IMG/VR virus record: IMGVR_UViG_3300046513_000171
Length of the DNA: 22,544 bases
Strand: one strand, 5' to 3'
Source of the DNA: an uncultured virus (IMG/VR IMGVR_UViG_3300046513_000171)
Lineage: Duplodnaviria; Heunggongvirae; Uroviricota; Caudoviricetes
The stretch's first letter is position 1; each line of letters begins with the position of its first letter. The translations under genes and the position numbers were made by a program. Shown in pieces: positions 13,513 through 22,544 of the stretch. A model generated the notes under the pieces. That model was given only the letters and a program-made list of their open reading frames with translations, had not been told where the DNA came from and did not search any database.

Positions 13513-14715
13513 ATGGGTGCGCGCCCGGATCTCGCGCAGTGGCTGTGGCCTGATGCCTGTCAGGGCCGCGCCCCCACGGGCGCGATCCAGCCCGACCGCA
13601 GCAACCCGCTGCTTGCCGGGCTCGCGGACATCATCGTGCCGAGCGACCCGAGCACCTACACGGCGGTGTACGGCACGGCCACGACGAAGCTCGACCCCGC
13701 AGGTCAGGCGTTCTCGGGACTCATGCGGTTGCAGGGCCGCAAGGGCGCGATCGTCACCGACAACGGCTACACGATCCTCGTGCTCATGCGCGTGCCGAAT
13801 CCGGCACCGGGCGGGCTGGTGGTGGCCGCGTCCATCGACGACAAGACGGGCGGCAGCACGCCGTGGATCGGCTGCAACGGTGGCAACGTGGCCGTCAGCA
13901 ACTCGGCCGTCGACTATGGGCCGGTGGCCGTCGCAAACGGGCTGTATGCCGCGCTCGGGGTCTACGCCGCGTTCGGCTTCACCTCCTACGTGAACGGCGA
14001 CCAGTACAGCAGCAACTCATTCACGGTGGGCGGCACGGCGACGTTGTGCCTGATGAACTACGCGAACTCGACGGGCTTCGGCTTCACGGGCAACGTACTG
14101 GCGGCGATTGCATGGAACCGGCCACTGACGACGGCTGAAGCGCGCGCGGTGACGGCGTCACCCGAGGCGGTGTTCTCGCTGCTGGGGCCGGCGCCGTTCG
14201 GCCTGCCTGTGCTCGTGCCACTCGCCCCGCGCGTGTCCAGCGGCACGTTGACGGCCACGCGCGGCACGGCGAGCGGTACCTCGCAAGCGCACAGCTCGGC
14301 GCAGGGCGCGCTCGCAGCAAGCGCCGCCACAGCGCAGGGCAACAGCGCAGCGCGCTCGCACTCGGCGGGTTCGCTCCACGTGGCGCCCCAGGTTGCGCAC
14401 GGCGTGGCGGCCGCGCGAGCCAGATCGAGCGCCAGCGCCGCCGCGCGCCGCGCGACAGCGTCCGGTACCGCGAGCGCAGGCAGCGCCTCACAGGGCCAGC
14501 CCGTCGCACGGCGCGGTACCAGTCAGGGCAGTGCCGCCGTGCACTCGACGTCGAGCGCGGTGCTCGTGGCGCGCGCCGGTATCTCGCGCGGTCGCTCAAG
14601 ATCGGGTGCCGCTGCACCGGACGAACCCGTCAACGACCCGAACCGGGTAGCGTTCCCCGCGCGCAAGAGCGCAGGCAACTTCCGACCACGCAACAGCAGA
14701 GCGAGATTCCAGTGA
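13513..14715 (+). CDS. Putative virion fibre/appendage protein with LamG/ConA-like lectin-type domain and Ala/Ser/Gly/Arg-rich repetitive C-terminus, 400 aa
   Basis: YTILVLMR..YVNG..FTGNVLAAIAWNRPLTTAEARA resembles the LamG-like C-terminal motif. Confidence 0.65.
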   Translation: MGARPDLAQWLWPDACQGRAPTGAIQPDRSNPLLAGLADIIVPSDPSTYTAVYGTATTKLDPAGQAFSGLMRLQGRKGAIVTDNGYTILVLMRVPNPAPGGLVVAASIDDKTGGSTPWIGCNGGNVAVSNSAVDYGPVAVANGLYAALGVYAAFGFTSYVNGDQYSSNSFTVGGTATLCLMNYANSTGFGFTGNVLAAIAWNRPLTTAEARAVTASPEAVFSLLGPAPFGLPVLVPLAPRVSSGTLTATRGTASGTSQAHSSAQGALAASAATAQGNSAARSHSAGSLHVAPQVAHGVAAARARSSASAAARRATASGTASAGSASQGQPVARRGTSQGSAAVHSTSSAVLVARAGISRGRSRSGAAAPDEPVNDPNRVAFPARKSAGNFRPRNSRARFQ

Positions 14716-15005
14716 GCAACGACACCGCCATCATGCTCGAACCGAAAGATCCGGCCGAGACCACCTACTACGTGTTCGACTTTTCCGCCCTGCTCGCGCC
14801 CGACGAGAGCATCGCGAACTACGTGCTGGAGCAGCCTGCCGAGCTGGTGCAGGTGAGCGACAGCAGCGACGGTCGCGCGGTCACCGCCTATTACTCGGGC
14901 GGCTTCGAGGGCAAGGTCTACCGCCCTCGCTGCAAGATCACGTCCGATTCGGCCACGCCCCAGGTGCTCGTGCGCAGCCTCGCATTCCGCTGCGAGAAGC
15001 GGTAA
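14712..15005 (+). CDS. Small virion adaptor-like protein (KDP-x-E...FDFS motif), 97 aa
   Basis: GTGA overlap; PKDPAETTYYVFDFSALL..ESI...SGG..GKVY..RCKITS is a pattern common in small phage structural proteins. Confidence 0.6.
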   Translation: MSNDTAIMLEPKDPAETTYYVFDFSALLAPDESIANYVLEQPAELVQVSDSSDGRAVTAYYSGGFEGKVYRPRCKITSDSATPQVLVRSLAFRCEKR

Positions 15006-15038
15006 ACTTCGGACTCCCAATAAATCTGCGGGGTCAAT

Positions 15039-15470
15039 ATGAACTCGACCACGGTTCTCGGTATCTTCTACTCGCTCGCCTTTGGCTACATCGGGTTCCT
15101 GTTCGCACGCGAGCGTGTTTACCGGCGGCGGCTCGAAGACCACCTGGCCAACATCCTCGCGGCGCGCTACGAGCATCCGGAGACGCTGGCCGAGCACCTG
15201 TCGGATGCGGAGGACGCGTTCGAAGAGATCCGCTACGTGGTCCTCAAGCGCCGCGTCAAGCAGATGGAAGACAGCTACTGGACGCGGTTCGGCAAGCGGC
15301 GCGGTGACGTGACCCCGCCCGGAGAAAGGGCCGCCGCGCTGGCGCAGTTCGTCGGCGCCGATGAGGACCGGATACTGCCCACGGAGGGTTGCTTCCGTTC
15401 GCAGGCCTGCTGCCGCGAGAAAGGACACGGCGGGCCGTGCGCCATCCCCCTCGATGGAGACACGAGATGA
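15039..15470 (+). CDS. Hypothetical protein with N-terminal TM helix and C-terminal Cys/His cluster, 143 aa
   Basis: ORF track; VLGIFYSLAFGYIGFLFA; CCREKGHGGPC. Confidence 0.75.
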   Translation: MNSTTVLGIFYSLAFGYIGFLFARERVYRRRLEDHLANILAARYEHPETLAEHLSDAEDAFEEIRYVVLKRRVKQMEDSYWTRFGKRRGDVTPPGERAAALAQFVGADEDRILPTEGCFRSQACCREKGHGGPCAIPLDGDTR

Positions 15471-15556
15471 ACCCCCTCATGATCGGCTGGTACCTGTACG
15501 CGATCTTTTTCACGCCGCGCCCGGTTCGCGACGTCCGTAAAACTGAGGACTCCTGA
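15467..15556 (+). CDS. Small peptide, 29 aa (MNPLMIGWYLYAIFFTPRPVRDVRKTEDS), translationally coupled to terL
   Basis: GGAG SD; ATGA overlap upstream, TGATG overlap with terL. Confidence 0.5.
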   Translation: MNPLMIGWYLYAIFFTPRPVRDVRKTEDS

Positions 15557-17286
15557 TGCCCAGCGGTCGCAAAGCCAACACCGAATGGGTGATGGATGAG
15601 TCGAGCCTGTTCGACCGCCTGCAGACGGCGGTCGGCACGAGCTTCTCGCACGACGCGGTCCCCAAGTGGATCGAAGAGAACACCTACATCAGCGGCAAGA
15701 ACTACAGCTTCGTCGACCACGAGTACCAGCTGAAGATCCTCGCCTCGCGCAAGCCCGAGCAGTACACGAAGAAGTGCTCGCAACTCGGGATCAGCGAGCT
15801 GAAGGTGCGGCGCGTGCTCTCGCTGTGCTACATGATCCCGCACTTCTCCGCGATCCTGACGCTGCCCACCTCGAACTTCGCCTCGATGTTCGCGAAGACC
15901 CGGATCGACCCGGTGATCCGCGAAAGTGAGCCTTTACGGGAGGCCGTCGTCGGCAACAACGACAGCACGGAGCTGAAGCAGATCGGCTCGTCACTGCTCT
16001 ATATCCGCGGCACGTTCACGCAGAACGCGGCGATCTCGGTACCGGCCGACATGCTGCTGCATGACGAGGTCGACTTCTCCGATCAGGACGCCCTCACCAG
16101 CTTCCAGTCGCGCCTGACGCACTCGAAGCTCAAATGGAAAATGAAGACGAGCACGCCGACCGTGCCGCGCTACGGGATCGACGATGAATTTGCGAACAGC
16201 AATCGCTGGTTTAATTTTGTCCGCTGCTGCCACTGCAACCACCAGTTCATCCCGAGCTACCAGGACCACGTGGTTGTCCCCGGCTTTCATGGCGACGTCT
16301 TCTCGCTGGACAAGACGAAGCTGCCACGCACGCGCTGGCGCGAGGCATACCTCGCCTGCCCGAAGTGCAAGAAGCGTCCTGACCTGAGACTCGACTTTCG
16401 CGAGTGGGTCTGCGAGAACCCGGACGAGCAGCACAACGCCGACGGCACGCAGCTCTCCCCTTTCGACGCGCCAGGCTTCATCAGCGTGCAGGATCTGCTG
16501 CTCTCGCGTACGGGCTACAAGCGGCTGACCGACTTCAAGAACTTCGGCCTCGGGCAGACCGACGAGGACGAGCTGAGCGGCATCCAGCAGGCCGACATCG
16601 ACCTCATGGAGATGGTCTACCTGCCGGGGCTCGTCGGCAGCGTGCTGGGCATCGACATGGGCACGACCTGCCACGTGTCGGAGTGCTACATCGACGCGGG
16701 CAACCACCTGATGCAGCGTCGCGTGCACCGTATCAACTACAAGGAGCTGGACGCCGAGCTGGACAAGATCGTCAAGCGCTGCAAGCCGATCGCGATGGTA
16801 ATGGACAGCCAGCCGTACACCGAGACGGTGTACCGCATGCAGCAGAAGTACAAGAACCTCTACGCGTCGGTCTATGTGAAGGCCAAGGGCATGCGGCCGT
16901 ACCGGATGCTCGACGAGGAAGAGGACCGGAGGGACGCCCTCTTCGACGAGCGGCAGATCAACGTCAACCGGAACATCGCGCTCGACTTCCTGATGGAAGA
17001 CATCCGCGCCGGCCTGATCGGCAACGACCCGATGCAACCTGACGAGGACCGGCAGGAGTTCCGCGACCACATGCGCGACATGCGCCGCGTGCGGCTGGCG
17101 GGCAACGCGAACGCGCCAGACACAGACGCGTACCAGTGGGTCAAGTCGAAGGTCGAGATCGACCACATGCACCACGCATTGCTTTATGCGTGGGTTGCCG
17201 CCAAGCTGCGCCTCGCCGCGCGCCCGGTGATCGCCGTGTCGAGCCTGGAGCTGATGAGCAAGCTGCGACTGAAGGCGCCGCTTTAA
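15556..17286 (+). CDS. terL: Terminase large subunit, GpA (lambda-like) type, 576 aa
   Basis: KKCSQLGISE (Walker A variant), LLHDEVD (Walker B), STPT motif, CxxC pairs, C-terminal nuclease GIDMG and DHMHHA. Confidence 0.92.
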   Translation: MPSGRKANTEWVMDESSLFDRLQTAVGTSFSHDAVPKWIEENTYISGKNYSFVDHEYQLKILASRKPEQYTKKCSQLGISELKVRRVLSLCYMIPHFSAILTLPTSNFASMFAKTRIDPVIRESEPLREAVVGNNDSTELKQIGSSLLYIRGTFTQNAAISVPADMLLHDEVDFSDQDALTSFQSRLTHSKLKWKMKTSTPTVPRYGIDDEFANSNRWFNFVRCCHCNHQFIPSYQDHVVVPGFHGDVFSLDKTKLPRTRWREAYLACPKCKKRPDLRLDFREWVCENPDEQHNADGTQLSPFDAPGFISVQDLLLSRTGYKRLTDFKNFGLGQTDEDELSGIQQADIDLMEMVYLPGLVGSVLGIDMGTTCHVSECYIDAGNHLMQRRVHRINYKELDAELDKIVKRCKPIAMVMDSQPYTETVYRMQQKYKNLYASVYVKAKGMRPYRMLDEEEDRRDALFDERQINVNRNIALDFLMEDIRAGLIGNDPMQPDEDRQEFRDHMRDMRRVRLAGNANAPDTDAYQWVKSKVEIDHMHHALLYAWVAAKLRLAARPVIAVSSLELMSKLRLKAPL

Positions 17287-17393
17287 ACGGCGCGTTCTGT
17301 CCCTTACAGCGTGTATCCGTCGGTAACAAGTGTGGCCGATCCTCGCGCGCTGGCAAAGAATGCGGATTCCGTCCCGCCCAACTGGAGCGAGCC

Positions 17394-17615
17394 ATGTCCG
17401 CCATCGAACGTCTCGACGCGGCCCTCAAGGACTTCCGCCACTCTCTGGAGCTGCTCGACGAGCCTGGCCACTTTGCCGGGGTCGTCCACCAGCGCCCTGC
17501 CACTGCCCGCCGGCTGCACCTGGTGCGCGTGATGCTGCGCGCCGAGCGCGGCGTACCGAACACTGAACCCGACTACAACCCGGCGTACTTCGTCGACGAG
17601 TTGGTTCGCCACTAG
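17394..17615 (+). CDS. Hypothetical protein, 73 aa (MSAIERLDAALKDF...)
   Basis: GGAG SD; ATG 17394 inside track ORF 17136-17615. Confidence 0.65.
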   Translation: MSAIERLDAALKDFRHSLELLDEPGHFAGVVHQRPATARRLHLVRVMLRAERGVPNTEPDYNPAYFVDELVRH

Positions 17616-17648
17616 CAACCCCCAATCACTTTGGTCGAGTGATTTTTC

Positions 17649-17679
17649 AAGCCCGTGAATAACCTTCACGGGCTTTTTT
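17649..17679 (+). terminator. Intrinsic terminator
   Basis: AAGCCCGTGAA / TTCACGGGCTT stem followed by a T tract. Confidence 0.88.
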
Positions 17680-17695
17680 CATTTTGCTCTGGTGT

Positions 17696-17724
17696 TTGAC
17701 AGACTTCATCAGGACGTCTAATCT
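17696..17724 (+). promoter_or_regulatory. Sigma70 promoter TTGACA-17-TAATCT
   Basis: Perfect -35, 17-bp spacer, -10 with the conserved TA---T; just after a terminator. Confidence 0.75.
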
Positions 17725-17730
17725 CCGGGT

Positions 17731-17939
17731 CAACTGGCTCAACCGGTCGCCAGATCCAGAACACCGGACAAGCAACAAGCAATAAAGCGCAGCCCCCGGC
17801 AGCACCCCGAAGTCAAGGTCGTTGCGGCACAGCGACCTGTATCGCAGGTTCCCACCCACCTGCGGTATGCAGCACCTCTGTGGTTAGTCCGTGTTTGGCC
17901 TCGGCGCCGCGCATCGAAAGGTGCGCGGCGCTCTTCATT
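17731..17939 (+). ncRNA. Candidate ~200-nt structured non-coding RNA
   Basis: Own promoter; enclosing helix 17756-17769/17887-17898; adjacent hairpins 17816-17838 and 17839-17868; terminal 13-bp GAAA-tetraloop hairpin 17903-17932; no convincing ORF. Confidence 0.6.
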
Positions 17940-17951
17940 GGTGGTCATTTC

Positions 17952-17980
17952 TTGCGTAGTCCTCAACATTCCAGTAAATT
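17952..17980 (+). promoter_or_regulatory. Possible sigma70 promoter TTGCGT-17-TAAATT for the head operon
   Basis: Correct spacing, 28 nt upstream of portal ATG 18009. Confidence 0.55.
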
Positions 17981-18008
17981 TCGGCTCAATACTCAAAGGG
18001 TGGTTCCA

Positions 18009-19745
18009 ATGGCGGGAGTGCGCGAGACGGCGAAACGGGTGATGGGCTGGTTCGGCAACGGCCGCGCCCAGGCACAGCAGCGTCTGGCGAGTGCCGGGGC
18101 CCAGGAGCCGAAGCTCACCACCGCGAAGGTCGGTGCGCGCACGGTCGTGATCGGTGCGCGCGACGGCCAGGTCGGCTATGAGGTGCTCGGCCCCGTGAAG
18201 GGCACGGGCGGCCAGGCCGCGGACCTGCCGCAGGTCGCTGATCCGAAGATCAAGGGCAAGAGCGGGGTCACCACCCCGTCGATGTTCACCATCGCCAAGC
18301 CCTCGCCGCAGGCGCAGATGGTCGACACCGACCGCGGCACGACGAACCTTGATCTCACCACCTTCCGCACCACCGGCACCACCAAGCAGACGGTCCAGAT
18401 CTTCTCGAAGGTCAACCCCGAGCTGGCGGCGGCCGTCGACGCGTACATCCGCCTCGCGCTCACCGACGCGACCACGGTCGCCTATGACCGCACCTCGGGC
18501 AGCGTGGACCCGCAAGGCTCGGCAGTCATCCAGCAGTGGATTCGCCAGAACGACCTGATTGGTCAGTATGACCAGGGATACAACCCGAACTACACGCTGC
18601 GCGCGTTGTGCGAGATGTGGGCGCTGGAGTTGCGCCAGTTCGGCTCGGCAGCCGGCGAAGTGGTGCTGGACCAGGCGCGCGTGCCCACGCGTATCCAGCC
18701 GGTCGGCTCGCGCGACATCAAGTGGTTCCCGGCGCCGAACGCGCGCTGGGCAATCCCGAACCAGCAGGTCGGCGGCCAGTACATCCCGCTCGACTTCCCT
18801 GCCTTCTTCTACGCGTCGGTCGACCAGTCGCTCTACACGGCGTACTCGGAGTCGCCGATGGAGCCGTCACTGCAGCCGGTGCTCTTCGGCCTGCAGCTGC
18901 TCAACGACATCCGTCGCGTGATCCGCATGAATCTGCATCCGCGCACGACCGTCACGCTGAAAACGGAAGAGCTGCAGGGACTGGTGCCGCCCGAGGCGCA
19001 GCAAGACCCCGACAAGCTGCTGGACTTCTACAACAAGTTCATCGCGCAGGTCGCCGCCAACATCGACGGGCTGGAGCCGGAAGAAGCGCTCATCATGCTC
19101 GACTCGATGGAGGTCAAGATCCTCGACCGGGGCAACTCGACGCTCTCGAACGAGTACGACATCCTCACGAAGATGGCCGACCAGAAGATCAGCTCGGGCG
19201 CCAAGGTGCTGCCAGGCGTGATCGGGCGCGGCACCAACGCGTCGTCCGCGTCGGTCGAGTCGATGATCTTCATCAAGCAGGTCGAAGGCAGCGTGCAGAA
19301 GCCGCTCAACGAGCTGCTCTCGCGCATGTTCACGCTGATCCTGCGCATGCTCGGCTCCGACTCGGTGGTCGAATTCAGGCTCGCTGACATCGACCTGCGC
19401 CCGAAGGTCGAACTCGAAGCGTTCAAGGCGCAGCGCCAGGCGCGCGTCATGGAGCTGCTGTCGCTGGGCTTCATCAGCGACGAGGAAGCCTCCGTCCAGC
19501 TCAACGGCCAGCTGCAGAGCGGTACCTTCACGCCGCTCTCGGGCACGCGCTTCTATGAGCCGACGACCGTCGGCGTCACCGCGACCAACCCTTACTCAGG
19601 TAGCCCGTCAGGCGGCTCGCCCGGCCAGGACGGCGGCGGCGGCAGCCAGAACGAACAGCTCGGCAACACCCCCACCAAGGGCAAGACAGGTAGCAATCCT
19701 AAACAGGCGCAAAAACCGGCGCCTAAACAGACTCAGAAGGCATAA
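18009..19745 (+). CDS. Portal protein (probable), 578 aa
   Basis: Size and position between terL and head protease; low-complexity C-terminal tail; start moved to ATG 18009 (AAGGGTGG upstream). Confidence 0.8.
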   Translation: MAGVRETAKRVMGWFGNGRAQAQQRLASAGAQEPKLTTAKVGARTVVIGARDGQVGYEVLGPVKGTGGQAADLPQVADPKIKGKSGVTTPSMFTIAKPSPQAQMVDTDRGTTNLDLTTFRTTGTTKQTVQIFSKVNPELAAAVDAYIRLALTDATTVAYDRTSGSVDPQGSAVIQQWIRQNDLIGQYDQGYNPNYTLRALCEMWALELRQFGSAAGEVVLDQARVPTRIQPVGSRDIKWFPAPNARWAIPNQQVGGQYIPLDFPAFFYASVDQSLYTAYSESPMEPSLQPVLFGLQLLNDIRRVIRMNLHPRTTVTLKTEELQGLVPPEAQQDPDKLLDFYNKFIAQVAANIDGLEPEEALIMLDSMEVKILDRGNSTLSNEYDILTKMADQKISSGAKVLPGVIGRGTNASSASVESMIFIKQVEGSVQKPLNELLSRMFTLILRMLGSDSVVEFRLADIDLRPKVELEAFKAQRQARVMELLSLGFISDEEASVQLNGQLQSGTFTPLSGTRFYEPTTVGVTATNPYSGSPSGGSPGQDGGGGSQNEQLGNTPTKGKTGSNPKQAQKPAPKQTQKA

Positions 19746-19748
19746 ACG

Positions 19749-20762
19749 ATGAACCTCCTTTCGCTGCTGGGCGGCCAGATGTTGTGGGTGGGCGGCGAAG
19801 ACTCGCTCGCCCAGGTCGTGCTGTCGCTGATCACTGACGATTACGACCGCATGCGCGCCGAAGCCGAGCGCGAGCGCACCGAGTTCTTCAAGCAGCGTGA
19901 CTACCTGCGCACGCGCCGCAGCACAGCCAATGCCGGCGTGGTCGCCGCGCTCACCGCCGCGGGCATCACGGCGCAGGTCGACTCGGGCGACGCCAGCGAG
20001 AGCGAGGAAGAGCGCAAGGCATTCAGTTCCGCCCCGCTCTCCGTGCTCGATAACGGCGTGGGCGTGATCTCGATCAACGGCGGCCTCGTCAACAGCGACA
20101 AGTGGTACCTGAAGTACATGGGCATGGTCGGCTACCCGCACATCCAGGATTCGCTCGTCGAGGCGTACAGCAACCCCGACGTGAAGAGCGTCGTGCTCGC
20201 GATCAAGTCGCCGGGCGGCGCAGTGTCAGGCGTCTCCGAGACAGCTGCGGCAATCCGCGCGCTGGGCACGGTCAAGCCGGTGTCGACCTTCGCCGACGGC
20301 CTGATGGCCTCGGGCGGTTACTGGTTGGGCTCGCAGACGGGCGACGTGATGGCCGCCCCGATGAGCCAGATCGGCTCGATCGGCGTGGTGATGACGCACA
20401 TCGAGTACAGCAAGATGATGGAGAAGGCAGGCATCACGGCTACCGTCATGCGCAAGGGCGAATACAAGATGCTGATGACGCCGCATGAGCCGCTCTCGGA
20501 CAAGGCGAAAGCCCAGGCCGAGAACGACATGAACGTGATCTATGACTCGTTCACGCAGGACGTCGCGAACGGCATGGGCGTCTCGCAGGATACGGTCAAG
20601 AGCCAGTGGGGCGAAGGCCGGGTGTTCTGGACCAACGAGGCGATTGGCCTCGGTATGGCAAATTCTTCAGGATCTCTAACAGATGCTGTTGCAAAATCGG
20701 CGCAAAACGCAGAGAATCGCGCCAAACAGGCGAACGGTGCCGGTGTTCGTCATCACTTTTAA
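19749..20762 (+). CDS. S49-family (SppA/ClpP-like) head maturation protease, 337 aa
   Basis: IKSPGGAVSG, MASGGYWLGS, IGSIGV, GEYK, F..DVA, GRVF motifs. Confidence 0.93.
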   Translation: MNLLSLLGGQMLWVGGEDSLAQVVLSLITDDYDRMRAEAERERTEFFKQRDYLRTRRSTANAGVVAALTAAGITAQVDSGDASESEEERKAFSSAPLSVLDNGVGVISINGGLVNSDKWYLKYMGMVGYPHIQDSLVEAYSNPDVKSVVLAIKSPGGAVSGVSETAAAIRALGTVKPVSTFADGLMASGGYWLGSQTGDVMAAPMSQIGSIGVVMTHIEYSKMMEKAGITATVMRKGEYKMLMTPHEPLSDKAKAQAENDMNVIYDSFTQDVANGMGVSQDTVKSQWGEGRVFWTNEAIGLGMANSSGSLTDAVAKSAQNAENRAKQANGAGVRHHF

Positions 20763-20774
20763 GAGGATTTAGTC

Positions 20775-21449
20775 ATGCCGACGATTCATGATCTGATGCA
20801 GGCGACCAAAACCGCTGTCGCAGCCAAGCAGGCGGCGCAGGCAGCAGGTGTCGTCGCCAAGACCGAAATTGCTGCTGCCGCGGAAGCGGTCGCAGGTGGT
20901 GCCGGCGAAGGTGCCGTGGCTATCACGCAGGCCGCAGCGGCAGGCGGTGCGACGGCCGCCGGCGAACAGGGCAATGGGGCGAGCGCAGCTGGCGCTGCGG
21001 GAGCAGAGGCAGCAGCCGGTGCGGCCGCACCGGTTGCCGCAGCTGCAGCCCCTGTCGCAGCCCTCGCCGCTGACACGAGCCTGAACGCACTGGTGGGCAA
21101 AGTCACGGAGCTGTCGATTAGCAATGCGAAGCTCACGACCGAACTCGACGCGATGACGGCCTCGTGCGTCGCAATGATCGCCGTCGTGTCGGACTCGCTG
21201 GACCGCATGAGCATCGCGCTCGGCGGCGGCAAGGTCGACGTATCGAAGCTCACGCCCGAAGCGCTGGTCGGCCTGCACACGGAACACGCCGCGAAGTTCG
21301 CTGCCAAGTTCCCGATCGGCGGCGTCGCCGCGGTCAACGTGGGTGCGGACGATGCAAGTCAGGAAGCGCAGCGCGGTAACGCCGAAGCACTGGCGATGCA
21401 CGCGATGCGTGTTGCGGCGGCTGGCGGGCAGCTCGCTGCGAAGAAGTAA
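20775..21449 (+). CDS. Ala-rich scaffold-like head protein, 224 aa
   Basis: GAGGA SD; position after protease; low-complexity N-half then coiled coil. Confidence 0.55.
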   Translation: MPTIHDLMQATKTAVAAKQAAQAAGVVAKTEIAAAAEAVAGGAGEGAVAITQAAAAGGATAAGEQGNGASAAGAAGAEAAAGAAAPVAAAAAPVAALAADTSLNALVGKVTELSISNAKLTTELDAMTASCVAMIAVVSDSLDRMSIALGGGKVDVSKLTPEALVGLHTEHAAKFAAKFPIGGVAAVNVGADDASQEAQRGNAEALAMHAMRVAAAGGQLAAKK

Positions 21450-21510
21450 GGTTTTGCCCGAAACGCTTTAAACCGCCCTTGGGCGAATCCAAAACTTCAG
21501 GAGTCCTGAA

Positions 21511-22005
21511 ATGGCATTGAAAAAAGTCATCCTCTCGGAAACGTCCGATGACCAGACGGAAAACGTCATCACCGTCAAGCTCGGCACGATCGGCAATCCG
21601 CTGACCGATGCCGACCGCGGCAAGCCGGTGAAGCTCATCGGCGACGCCCAGTTCGACCTCTGCGCGACGGGCGACCAGATCGAAGGCTACGTGGCCTCGA
21701 TCGCGAATTTCACGGCAGACGGCCTGACGGTTGGCTCGGTGCGCTACGTCGAACCGGGCAACAAGAAGGAAGCGACGATTACAGTCGCTGGCTGGGCGAT
21801 CGGCAACTACGTACTGGCTGACGCACAGGCTGCGCGCGGCACGTACAACGACGTGAACCAGTTCCCGCGCCCGAAGGTCAAGCTCACGGCTGACCAGCAG
21901 GCAGCGACGATTGCCGCCCTGCTGTTCCGTCACCGCATCGTCGGCGTCATGCCCGGCTTCAATGTCGGCGACGCGAACGCGGTCGTCATCATCATGCGCG
22001 CCTAA
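21511..22005 (+). CDS. Head decoration/cement-like protein, 164 aa
   Basis: AGGAG SD; immediately before the capsid gene; D.GKPVKL.GD..FDLCA.GD.IEG pattern. Confidence 0.6.
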   Translation: MALKKVILSETSDDQTENVITVKLGTIGNPLTDADRGKPVKLIGDAQFDLCATGDQIEGYVASIANFTADGLTVGSVRYVEPGNKKEATITVAGWAIGNYVLADAQAARGTYNDVNQFPRPKVKLTADQQAATIAALLFRHRIVGVMPGFNVGDANAVVIIMRA

Positions 22006-22049
22006 CCAGCGCAGCGTCCAACTCCAAAATCCTTAAAGGGGAACAGAAC

Positions 22050-22544
22050 ATGAAGGTCACCTTCCTCGACGCTGCGGGCGCTCAACAGCAAGCCACGCTG
22101 CCGTTGAACCTGTACCAGCTCGCGCATGAAGCGAACATGACGGTCGACGCGTACCTGTCGAACAAGTACAAGACCGACCCGTCGAAGTACGGCGCCACCA
22201 TGAACCAGATGTTCGCCTCGGCGGGTCTGTTCATGAGCGAGGACAAGACGCTCGGCATCAAGAAAACGTCGGTTGCCGAAGCGATGACGGGTGCCTGCGA
22301 CACGCAGTTCAACGTCGCCGGCTCGGCCAACCTCGCGGACGCGGTCCCCGCCTCGCGCATCCTGTTCCCGGCTGCACTCCTGCAGATGGTCGAAAGCCAG
22401 CTGTACGGCAACCGCGCCAGCGAAGTCGCGCTGTTCGACACGTTCATCACGGACAAGCAGACGGTCAGCAACAGCCGCTACTGGTGGCCGGTGCTGGACT
22501 ACACGCGCCCGTCGCAGGCAGCAAGCTCGCGCATCTCGCAGCTG
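22050..22544 (+). CDS. Major capsid protein (probable), truncated by the window edge (MKVTFLDAAGAQQQATLPLNLYQ...PASRILFPAALLQMVES...)
   Basis: Not in the ORF track; AAAGGGG SD; open to the window end; canonical position in the head operon. Confidence 0.75.
   Translation, partial: MKVTFLDAAGAQQQATLPLNLYQLAHEANMTVDAYLSNKYKTDPSKYGATMNQMFASAGLFMSEDKTLGIKKTSVAEAMTGACDTQFNVAGSANLADAVPASRILFPAALLQMVESQLYGNRASEVALFDTFITDKQTVSNSRYWWPVLDYTRPSQAASSRISQL

Larger units (their letters stand above)
1..22544. mobile_element. Segment of a tailed phage genome carrying a plasmid partition/replication module (probable phage-plasmid)
   Basis: Terminase-portal-S49 protease-capsid block at 15556-22544; parA/RHH/rep block at 10445-12393; dense short hypothetical genes; no host housekeeping genes or integrase seen in the window. 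Confidence 0.88.

Noticed and set aside
15991..17175. 394-aa minus-strand ORF and similar antisense ORFs in the right arm
   Set aside because: Shadow frames of terL and other GC3-biased genes
17731..17939. tRNA, tmRNA or a known riboswitch in the terL-portal gap
   Set aside because: No cloverleaf, TTCGA T-loop with CCA end, or aptamer consensus that I recognise; left as an unclassified ncRNA candidate
17880..18008. N-terminal extension of the portal ORF from 17880
   Set aside because: Overlaps a strong hairpin and a promoter-like element and has atypical composition; ATG 18009 is the better start

Overview
The window is part of a GC-rich tailed dsDNA phage that also carries a plasmid replicon, i.e. 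a probable phage-plasmid (host likely a proteobacterium; inference). Left arm (1-8102, minus strand): about 18 short, mostly unknown early-type genes, including a tandem BRO-N-like protein, a DUF1640-like coiled coil and a secreted protein. This arm carries 16 exact copies of the perfect 14-bp palindrome TCGGAAATTTCCGA, 8 fused to Shine-Dalgarno sites, 6 inside genes in two different frames and 2 in non-coding DNA; I saw no exact copy right of 7005. It also has an iteron-like TGCGCAAGTC cluster at 5598-6013. A divergent intergenic region (8103-8577) holds a lambda/N15-cos-like 12-mer and a promoter that predicts a leaderless mRNA. Right arm (plus strand): possible terminase small subunit, HU-like protein, a parA / ribbon-helix-helix / oriV / pBBR1-type rep module, a four-gene virion appendage module, GpA-type terminase large subunit, a candidate ~200-nt structured ncRNA with its own promoter, portal, S49 protease, scaffold-like and decoration-like proteins, and the start of the major capsid gene. 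All family calls are from motif recognition by eye; no database search was run.
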